Shown here: one piece after another, positions 49,009 through 56,785 of the stretch
Layout: every line of letters starts with the position of its first letter
How positions within the stretch are numbered: position 1 is the first letter of the stretch
Virus record (IMG/VR): IMGVR_UViG_3300032007_001727
DNA length: 64,000 bases
Source of the DNA: a virus
Taxonomy: Duplodnaviria; Caudoviricetes
Strand: one strand, 5' to 3'
Made by a program: the position numbers and the translations under genes
The notes under the pieces: generated by a model
The model's input: the letters and a program-made list of their open reading frames with translations, nothing else
The model's database searches: none
What the model was told of the DNA's origin: nothing

Positions 49009-49038
49009 AAAAAAGGTGACTCAAATGAGTCACCTTTC
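49009..49038. terminator. Bidirectional terminator (AAAGGTGAC family)
   Basis: AAAAAGGTGACTCA-AA-TGAGTCACCTTTC. Confidence 0.75.
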
Positions 49039-49121
49039 TTCTTTTTTACTGTACTTACCAATACTACCACTACGTGAAACTGCATGAATAGGAATGGACA
49101 ACCATAAAGTATGTAATTGCC

Positions 49122-50261
49122 CTAAAATCCTATTTTTCCTTTCTTTGTTTCGGCACCGTTGTCTTCGACATTATAAATGTCTGCCAATGACATTGGTTCT
49201 GTTGCGCTAGGAAGGAGTGCCTTTGTCTTTTCCAATGACAGTTTCTTAAACTCATATATCATAGATAATCTTCCCTTTCTGAGGACTGCGCTGTCAATTT
49301 TGTTCTTTGGACAGTTAAATGTGCAAATGAACTTGATTCCGAATGTTTCTCCTATCATTCCGTCCGTTAGGTTCAACATGGAGTTTAGGAAGCGGTTACC
49401 TTCGTTTCTGTCCGTGAAGAGTTTTTCACAATCTTCCATGATAAACACTGCATGCTTGTTCTCTGACAAGAATTCAAATACCTTTGAATCGCTGAATGTT
49501 GAGAGTATGTTGAAATCGAAATAGATAAACTCAACATCCGGCACGTCATGGATTATTTTCTTGATAATGGATGTTTTTCCGGTGCCGGGTTCACCGTGGA
49601 GCAAGATAAGTTCCTCCGTATTTGATTTTACCAATGAAACCAACTTGTCATAGTTCAAGTCATCGTTATAGTTTGACTTGATGTCGCAGTCAAATTCCTT
49701 TATATCGAGTCTTGTGGTTCTTAGGCCGTAACTTGAGTTTGTGCAGACTGATAGGTTGTTCTGTCTTCGACTGCCGTTCGGAGTCTCAACCAAGTTGGAT
49801 ATGATGAATTTCTCTATTTCCCCTATGTTGGACGGGTCATCCACGTAAACGCTGATTCCTATAATCTTTCGTATTGCCACACCTTCGTAGTGGGCAGTTC
49901 TGAATGCTATTAGCCCGTAGTCCGTGAACACGAACCCCGATTTATTGAAGACAATGAAATGCCCCATTGACTTTAGGGTGTCTAGGAATGAGTACTCTAT
50001 TGTGATATTGGACAGACCGTCCAAGTTCATGTTATTGTATTTTTCATTATATTCTATCAGATGACCCATGAAGACCACACTTTTAAGTGTCTTTGAATAT
50101 TTTGCGTAAAATTCAAACGGTAATGTCTTGTTGTACACATTCACGACCATTGAGTCGTTTGTCGTGAATCCGTCCTCCATTTCACTTGTGTTTGCACCTC
50201 CCTTGAACGATTTCACGTATTCAATGAAATTGTTGTAATATTGATTGTAGTTTTTAAACAT
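49122..50261 (-). CDS. AAA+ ATPase
   Basis: Walker A LLHGEPGTGKT, Walker B FIMEDCE, LLNLTDG-like motif, IDSAVLRKGRL, C-terminal KIGF. Confidence 0.88.
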   Translation of the reverse strand: MFKNYNQYYNNFIEYVKSFKGGANTSEMEDGFTTNDSMVVNVYNKTLPFEFYAKYSKTLKSVVFMGHLIEYNEKYNNMNLDGLSNITIEYSFLDTLKSMGHFIVFNKSGFVFTDYGLIAFRTAHYEGVAIRKIIGISVYVDDPSNIGEIEKFIISNLVETPNGSRRQNNLSVCTNSSYGLRTTRLDIKEFDCDIKSNYNDDLNYDKLVSLVKSNTEELILLHGEPGTGKTSIIKKIIHDVPDVEFIYFDFNILSTFSDSKVFEFLSENKHAVFIMEDCEKLFTDRNEGNRFLNSMLNLTDGMIGETFGIKFICTFNCPKNKIDSAVLRKGRLSMIYEFKKLSLEKTKALLPSATEPMSLADIYNVEDNGAETKKGKIGF

Positions 50262-50382
50262 ATGTTTTGGATGTGTAAAATTGATTAATATTGGTGCAAA
50301 GATATATATTTTTTTTCAAAAAAACAAGAAAATCTATTTCATTTTTTCCTAAATGTCTTATTTTTTATAAAAAGGATAAACT

Positions 50383-51336
50383 ATGGATACAAAGAATTTG
50401 GACATTTTCATATGTACACATAAGGACTTTAAATGTCCGGTAACGAATGATGTCTATAAGGTGCTAGACATGAGAAATATTGATGCTAGCATGATGCATG
50501 AGGGCATTAAGAACAGCAGTTTCTATTCTGAGATTATAGGAATGATGTATGTCAGAAAGAATCTTGAACTTAAGAAGTATGTCGGGTTCTGTCAATATAG
50601 AAGGTATTTTTCATTTATGGATGAGATTCCGGACATGGATGAGATATGCAAGGAATATGACTGCGTCATCGCAAAGCCGATAAAGTTCAATGGATGTGTA
50701 AGAGAGCAATATGCAATATATCACAATGAAAAGGACTTGGATATTGTGGATGACATTATAAGGGAGAAGTTTAAAGACTATTATAAGGCATGGTTTCTGT
50801 ATCTTAACGGCAGTATATTCATCCCGTATAACATGTTCATTATGAAGAAAGAGGACTTTATCGACTATATCGACTTTATCGAGGGTGTGTTGAATGAATA
50901 TATCGATAGGGTAGGAAGCGATATCGAGAAGAGGATAGAGGACAATAAGGAAGACTATATCAAAGATTTCCCGCCGTCAAATTCAGCGGAATTCCAATAT
51001 AGGGTCGGCGGATATTTGGCTGAGAGGCTTACCCCGGTGTTTATGATTAACAGATTTAAGTCAATGAAGCCATACATGGTAAAAATAACACAAAAGAAAA
51101 ATGAGACTATTAGCAATGGAGAGGAAAATGAACCTAAATCAAGAGACAATTCAGAGCAGCAGCAAGAGCAGCCTAAAACAAGAAAAAGAAGCAGAAGTAA
51201 GAGTAAAGGTGAGTCAGTACAAGATGTTGAGCAACACACTGTGCGAACTGATGACGAAAAGAAAGCCACAAAACGTGGTAGGAAACCCAAGAGTGATGGA
51301 AAAACTAAGAGCGGAACTAGAGGAGACGGTGAATGA
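50383..51336 (+). CDS. DUF4422-family glycosyltransferase-like protein
   Basis: IFICTHK, YVGFCQYRRYF, YNMFIMKK, RVGGYLAERL. Confidence 0.75.
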   Translation: MDTKNLDIFICTHKDFKCPVTNDVYKVLDMRNIDASMMHEGIKNSSFYSEIIGMMYVRKNLELKKYVGFCQYRRYFSFMDEIPDMDEICKEYDCVIAKPIKFNGCVREQYAIYHNEKDLDIVDDIIREKFKDYYKAWFLYLNGSIFIPYNMFIMKKEDFIDYIDFIEGVLNEYIDRVGSDIEKRIEDNKEDYIKDFPPSNSAEFQYRVGGYLAERLTPVFMINRFKSMKPYMVKITQKKNETISNGEENEPKSRDNSEQQQEQPKTRKRSRSKSKGESVQDVEQHTVRTDDEKKATKRGRKPKSDGKTKSGTRGDGE

Positions 51337-51808
51337 GATAGAGGCGTTGAACAAGGAAATTGATGCACTTGAGATTACCAATGACTCCAAAGAGCCAAAT
51401 GAAGACACTTCTTGGAGAATTATCCATAAGTTGCTCGGTGATTCCGTGTCAATTGAATTCTCTGACTTGATTCCAAGTGAAATGATTAACTGCTTGAGTA
51501 GGCAATGTGGACCAAATGGGTTATATATGTCAATCACGGATTTTGTATGTGAGTACGGACTAACCGAGAATGAAAGCGTCAGATATTCACTCATTGAAGT
51601 CCTAAATGACATCAAGACAAATTCCGGTAAGTTTGATATAACAGTAAAAAGACTTACAACTGACGGAAAGGTTCTATGCTATACTATTTTCAAAGATTGT
51701 GAGATTACTTCAATACGTATGTCTGACATAGGTCACTCAATAGACGGATTTTCAAAAGTTGCTGTCTATGTTTCTTATGGTGATGAGGTAAATGGAACAG
51801 TTAACTAA
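51296..51808 (+). CDS. Hypothetical protein with a tail-tube-like C-terminal half (start uncertain: 51101/51116/51296)
   Basis: ITVKRLTTDGKVLCYTIFKDCEITSIRMSDIGHS aligns by eye with the tube C-terminus. Confidence 0.5.
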   Translation: MEKLRAELEETVNEIEALNKEIDALEITNDSKEPNEDTSWRIIHKLLGDSVSIEFSDLIPSEMINCLSRQCGPNGLYMSITDFVCEYGLTENESVRYSLIEVLNDIKTNSGKFDITVKRLTTDGKVLCYTIFKDCEITSIRMSDIGHSIDGFSKVAVYVSYGDEVNGTVN

Positions 51809-52283
51809 GAGAAACACGCAAGCAAGTGGAAAGAAGAAGAAAAAGACCCTGAGGCCCAAAAGAAAACACAAGCAATTATATGGAACGTCAAAGTTGGAAG
51901 AGGATTTTGCAAGTGACTTCTTGGATAAATTGGGTGTCGAGTATGAATATCAGTATGAGGCCAAGGATATTGGGCGGTTCTACGACTTCAAGGTGAAGGA
52001 CGGCCCAATAATAGAAATACAAGGCTCGTATTGGCACGGTGACGCTAGGATATATGAGGAGAAGGACTTGAATCAGATTCAGAGAAAGAACATGCGTATC
52101 GATGAGTATAAGCAGAAATGGGCACTAATGCACGGCATTCCAATATATTATATATGGGAGAAGGATATCAGAGAGAATCCTAAAATGGTAATGGATGAAC
52201 TGAAGAGAATATTATATATTGAGGATAAGAAGAAAGAAACGGCCACGAATAAAAGAAAAAGACACGTTAACAAGATTAAGTAA
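51792..52283 (+). CDS. DUF559/Vsr-like PD-(D/E)XK endonuclease without repeats
   Basis: SKLEEDF...RFYDF...IIEIQGSYWHGD...IWEKDI. Confidence 0.7.
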   Translation: MEQLTKRNTQASGKKKKKTLRPKRKHKQLYGTSKLEEDFASDFLDKLGVEYEYQYEAKDIGRFYDFKVKDGPIIEIQGSYWHGDARIYEEKDLNQIQRKNMRIDEYKQKWALMHGIPIYYIWEKDIRENPKMVMDELKRILYIEDKKKETATNKRKRHVNKIK

Positions 52284-52290
52284 GAAAAAA

Positions 52291-52914
52291 ATGGAAGCAA
52301 AACTATTTATACAATATTATACTTATGACGATGATGATAAATTCGATGCTAGCAGCGACTATTACAAGGATGGTGAATATGCCAAACTGATGAATAGCGA
52401 ATATGAGAAGAGCAAAGATGTAGTCTTTGAATCAATGTCAAGCGGCGGAAAGGTGAGCAAACCTTCGGCGGGGTCATATTGGGAACAGTATGGAATATCT
52501 GCACCAAGCCAAAATGATGATAAAAATATACGCTATTCTAGTACGAACTGCATTCTCTATAATGAAAACGGCGAGGAAGAGAGTGTTGACGGCATCATAG
52601 ACCATTATGTTGACCAAAAACCGTTTATCGAAATGGTTGAAATCGATTGTGACAGCAGTGAGGATGAATTCATATCTGAATTTTCAATGTGGCTGAAAGA
52701 ACATAAGAAAATATCGGAATTCATGGAGAAAAACCGTGTGGGTGACGATGTTGTTTGGAAATATGAGCCTAAGCGTGACTTGAAACTTAGTTTCATCAAC
52801 AAGGCAAATGAAGAGGTATATGCTGCCCTAAGTGATTGCAGGGTTATGGATATTATTGACGATAAGACACTTATTGTTTTTATTGGCAAACTAACGTTAG
52901 TGGATAAAATATAA
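52291..52914 (+). CDS. Hypothetical protein
   Basis: ATG at 52291 within the operon. Confidence 0.6.
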   Translation: MEAKLFIQYYTYDDDDKFDASSDYYKDGEYAKLMNSEYEKSKDVVFESMSSGGKVSKPSAGSYWEQYGISAPSQNDDKNIRYSSTNCILYNENGEEESVDGIIDHYVDQKPFIEMVEIDCDSSEDEFISEFSMWLKEHKKISEFMEKNRVGDDVVWKYEPKRDLKLSFINKANEEVYAALSDCRVMDIIDDKTLIVFIGKLTLVDKI

Positions 52915-52922
52915 AAATTTTT

Positions 52923-54209
52923 ATGGCAAAGAAAGTATTGACAGAAGAGCAAGAGAATGAGATAAAGATGCTCTTGGAAAATAACAAGATGTTGGAAAAG
53001 ACAAAAAAAGAGGCAGAAGAAAGGGGGAATACAAAGTCTGTGAAGCAGATAGAGAGGGCGCAGCAAGAGGTAATCGAGCACATAAACAGTATAGACCCTA
53101 TGGCATTGACATCCGCCTCAAATAAAAAGAACAATGTGCAGCAAAACTTGTTCAATGACTCCGATATGTCTATTTTCGATATTCTTGAAGAGAATAATAA
53201 AGTAAGGAATGAAGAAGCAGTAAAGGTTGACGAAGTAAAGGCTGAGGAGGATTTGATTGAGGAGATAACGCCGAGTGAGACAACAATTTCAACCGATTCG
53301 ACGTTTAATAATGTTGAACAGACGCTTCAGTATGACGTAATTCAGTTGCCTAGCAACGGACAATGCTATAAAAGTAAGGTTGATAGGGTTCCGGTCGCAT
53401 ATCTGACGGCATATGACGAAAATATTATTACGTCCCCCAATCTGTACAAGGACGGACTTGTAATCGATTATTTGCTGAAGAATAAGGTTGTTAACAGTCA
53501 GATTAAGGTAGATGACTTGGTCAGCGGCGATGCCGACGCGATTATTCTCTTCTTGAGGGCGACGAGTTATGGCCCGGAATTCCCGATTGTCGTTAATGAC
53601 CCCGATACCGGTGAGCAGATTGAGACCACGGTTGACTTGTCAACGCTTAAGCCAAGGGACTTTAAGTTGGTTGGTGATGAAAACGGGCATTTTGAGTATG
53701 TCACTCCGATTAAGAAGGATGTGATTAAGTTCAGATACCTCACTAGAAAACAAGAGAGGCAACTTAAGAAGGTGACGGAACTTGAGGGGTGCGGAACAAA
53801 GGCCATGATGCTTCAGAATGAGATTGAGACCATTAGGGCCGCAATGATGAACGACAAATACATTTCAGAGAATGACAAGAAGACATTGAGGGCTGCTATG
53901 GCGGCAATGTCCAAGTGGTCCACAAAACTAAAAGAGGTGAATAATTCTGAGTTTATCAAGGTAATGACCAATAACATGCAACTTCAAATTGTTGCCGTTA
54001 ACGGCAATTACGACAGAGAATTTATTAGGAGGTACATTAACCAAATGCCCGCAAGGGATTCGTTGATGCTGAGAAAATATATAAACGATAACAGACCCGG
54101 AATTAATTTTGACATTAAGGTTGAAAGGCCGGAGAGTCTTGGAGGTGGCTCCTTCGAAACCTTTCTTAACTGGGACGATTCTGTTTTCCTTAATATCGCC
54201 GACGTATGA
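52923..54209 (+). CDS. Baseplate hub assembly / tail chaperone protein (T4 gp26-like)
   Basis: VIQLPSNGQCY, YLTAYDENII, DLVSGDADAIILFLRATSYG, MPARDSLMLRKYI. Confidence 0.7.
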   Translation: MAKKVLTEEQENEIKMLLENNKMLEKTKKEAEERGNTKSVKQIERAQQEVIEHINSIDPMALTSASNKKNNVQQNLFNDSDMSIFDILEENNKVRNEEAVKVDEVKAEEDLIEEITPSETTISTDSTFNNVEQTLQYDVIQLPSNGQCYKSKVDRVPVAYLTAYDENIITSPNLYKDGLVIDYLLKNKVVNSQIKVDDLVSGDADAIILFLRATSYGPEFPIVVNDPDTGEQIETTVDLSTLKPRDFKLVGDENGHFEYVTPIKKDVIKFRYLTRKQERQLKKVTELEGCGTKAMMLQNEIETIRAAMMNDKYISENDKKTLRAAMAAMSKWSTKLKEVNNSEFIKVMTNNMQLQIVAVNGNYDREFIRRYINQMPARDSLMLRKYINDNRPGINFDIKVERPESLGGGSFETFLNWDDSVFLNIADV

Positions 54210-54423
54210 GAAATACCTTAAGGATGAGTTGTTCGCATGCAATCAATTTTTAAAGATACCATTCGATGTTTTGGACAAAATGCCGATAATGGACCGGAAA
54301 TACTACATCAATAAGTATATTGAGTACATGGAACAGAAAAATTCGGCAATGGAAGGCAGCGGGACCAAGACTTCAACTGATGACATAACTTCATTTACGG
54401 ACATGAGCCAAGGTTTGGCCTAA
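54109..54423 (+). CDS. gp51-like small tail-assembly protein; no ATG before its conserved-looking region (possible frameshift extension of the upstream gene)
   Basis: YLKDELF...DVLDKMPIMDRKYYI; +1 frame overlap with the upstream gene. Confidence 0.5.
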   Translation: MTLRLKGRRVLEVAPSKPFLTGTILFSLISPTYEKYLKDELFACNQFLKIPFDVLDKMPIMDRKYYINKYIEYMEQKNSAMEGSGTKTSTDDITSFTDMSQGLA

Positions 54424-54480
54424 ATTCTTTAAATATTTCATAGTTTCGATGGTGATAGATTAATTATCTGTCACCATTTT

Positions 54481-55047
54481 CTATGGGTTAGCGTTTGCCA
54501 TACTATTGTATGTTTGCCTTAGGCTGTCTAGAGTTTGGAACACCGGCCTAATGGTATTGTTGGTTATTCCGTCAATATTATACTTTCTGTTCTTTGAGTT
54601 GTATTCCCTTTCCCATGTTTGAAGCCTTTTCATACATTCCGATAGTTTTATGGACTGTATTGTGTTTGGGTCATATTTTGGCTTGAATTTGGTGCCGCTA
54701 TTGCCGCCTAACTGCCTTTGTGTCCACCTATAACCACTTCTAACATCATTGGCAAAATTTCCACCCATTGCGGATGGTATTTCCAAACCAAAGTCACGTA
54801 GGCTTATCTCATTTATATTGTTTGCCTTGACACATCTGTTAATGGCGTGGATGGTTTGTGCAACAAATATGTTGAACTCATTGAAAAACTTGTTTAAATA
54901 CTTATCCAATTTCGTGGGGTCAATTGAGGTATTCATTCTATTTATCAATGTATTCAAGTTCACACCAAATTGTTCTAGAGAACTAATGTTCTCATCCAAT
55001 ATCATCATTTTATGTATTTCTTCTCTTAATATTTCTCTGATTGTCAT
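54481..55047 (-). CDS. Hypothetical protein with N-terminal IREILREEI...LDEN tag
   Basis: 188 aa; minus-strand GATATTTAT at 55068-55076. Confidence 0.6.
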   Translation of the reverse strand: MTIREILREEIHKMMILDENISSLEQFGVNLNTLINRMNTSIDPTKLDKYLNKFFNEFNIFVAQTIHAINRCVKANNINEISLRDFGLEIPSAMGGNFANDVRSGYRWTQRQLGGNSGTKFKPKYDPNTIQSIKLSECMKRLQTWEREYNSKNRKYNIDGITNNTIRPVFQTLDSLRQTYNSMANANP

Positions 55048-55139
55048 TTTAAAAACGTATTTTCTCTATAAATATCACCTCCAATAAAAATGAGCAACCA
55101 AAAATTGATTGCTCATTTCATTTGAGGGTGTTGAGCGTT

Positions 55140-56496
55140 CATAGTTATTTTTGTACGAGGAAACCCACCAATCTTCAGTTGGTGGGAGGAATCGCACATT
55201 TTTATACCTTTTTTTTCTTATTATTAGTAATTTTTTAACTTTTGATACTATTTATATATATAAATACCTTCACTAAGGGAAACTATGGTAATAAAGACCT
55301 ACAACATAAGGATTAATGGTGAACAAGGGTTCACGGCGTTTTGGCTCACGCTTCTGCGTGAGACAAGGGACGCATATAACCTCTGTTCCGACACCATCAT
55401 CACCGAAAAGGTGAAAATAGGTCTGACAGCCATTCACAACGCTTGTTATGACAAACTGAGAAGCAGTTTCCCTTCGCTCCCTTCACAAGCCATCATACGA
55501 GTGCAGAAAGAAGTGTTGCAAGCGTTTAAGTCAAAAAAGACAAACAAGCACAAAGGCTCTGCGCCGCACAAAACTTCACTGTCTCTCACTCTCGACAAGA
55601 GGCTTTACTCGAATTTCACCGCTGAAGGTATATCACTTACAAGCGGAAAGTCAAACTGCCGTGAACGGTTCACGTTCAAACCGTACCAAAAAATCGCAGA
55701 AATGTTTGCAACGTCAGTTGCAAAAGACCCGACGATTTTCTACAAGGACGAGTCCTTGTGGCTCTCCATACCGTTCGAGGTACAAGGGATAATGGTTCAG
55801 AATGACCGCTCCATAGGTGTAGACCTCGGCATGAAGAGGTTCTTCGTTACCTCTGAAGGCAAGTACTTCCAAGACAAGGAGTACCTTATGCAAAGGAGGA
55901 AACTGCGTTACCTCAAGAGGTGCTTGCAGAGCAAGAACACCAAGGGCGCAAAGTCCCACCTAAGTCGGATTTCGAGAAAGGAGCACAACATTTCAAAGAA
56001 CGAGTGTTACAAGGCGGTCAACGCCTTGTTGCAGTCCACGGACTGCGGTTACATCGTTATGGAAGACCTATCCAAGATAAAGGTTAAGACCTCCAAGAGC
56101 AAGGACGGTTTCAAGCGCAAGAGGCACAACAATGCATTATCGCAAGTACCGTTCTATACATTCAAGTACATACTGACATACAAGGCAACGCTTGCAGGCA
56201 AGCAAGTGGTATCAGTTTCTCCGGTCAACACAAGTCAGAATGACTGCCGCAGTGGTAGCAAGAACGGCACCCGCAAGGGGTGCAGATATTACACCAACGA
56301 TGGCTTTGTCTTCGACGCTGACTGGAATGCGTCAGTTAACATTGCACTTCGTGCAGAACACCCAACCTCGACACCTCTTCCGATTGACGGAAGACTTGTT
56401 GCCTTGGTTGGCAGGGCACCGTCAACTGCCCAAACGCTCAAAACACGCTAAAGGTTTTCTGCAAGCCCACGAATCTTTAGTTCGTGGGTAGTTGAC
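55140..56496 (+). mobile_element. IS200/IS605-family (IS1341-like, tnpB-only) element; left boundary approximate
   Basis: Matching subterminal hairpins CCCACCAA-TCTTCAG-TTGGTGGG (55164-55186) and CCCACGAA-TCTTTAG-TTCGTGGG (56466-56488), ending TAGTTGAC. Confidence 0.8.
55285..56451 (+). CDS. tnpB: RNA-guided endonuclease TnpB
   Basis: RuvC GVDLG / IVMEDL / DADWNAS; Zn finger degenerate. Confidence 0.85.
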   Translation: MVIKTYNIRINGEQGFTAFWLTLLRETRDAYNLCSDTIITEKVKIGLTAIHNACYDKLRSSFPSLPSQAIIRVQKEVLQAFKSKKTNKHKGSAPHKTSLSLTLDKRLYSNFTAEGISLTSGKSNCRERFTFKPYQKIAEMFATSVAKDPTIFYKDESLWLSIPFEVQGIMVQNDRSIGVDLGMKRFFVTSEGKYFQDKEYLMQRRKLRYLKRCLQSKNTKGAKSHLSRISRKEHNISKNECYKAVNALLQSTDCGYIVMEDLSKIKVKTSKSKDGFKRKRHNNALSQVPFYTFKYILTYKATLAGKQVVSVSPVNTSQNDCRSGSKNGTRKGCRYYTNDGFVFDADWNASVNIALRAEHPTSTPLPIDGRLVALVGRAPSTAQTLKTR

Positions 56497-56500
56497 CAAA

Positions 56501-56653
56501 CTAGTGCGAACATCTTCCGATTAAGTAAAGCGTTCCCAATATTAATACAATTCCGACTATAGACCCGACTACTCTCCAAAACAGCATGTCTAAAAATTCA
56601 CCGATGGAATTAAATTCCCAAATTATTCCACCCCATTCTTTGTAAAACTTCAT
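56501..56653 (-). CDS. 50-aa membrane protein (below the ORF-track cutoff)
   Basis: MKFYKEWGGIIWEFNSIGEFLDMLFWRVVGSIVGIVLILGTLYLIGRCSH*; TAnnTTTG promoter at 56680-56687. Confidence 0.55.
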   Translation of the reverse strand: MKFYKEWGGIIWEFNSIGEFLDMLFWRVVGSIVGIVLILGTLYLIGRCSH

Positions 56654-56785
56654 ATTATTATATTTTTAATATTTTTTTGCAAAAGTACCATAAATTCATT
56701 AAATGGGCAAATTTTTTGAGTTAAATATTGTTAAACGCTTTTAAAACCAAAATTTTGATATTTATATAGGAAAATTGGTTTATAT

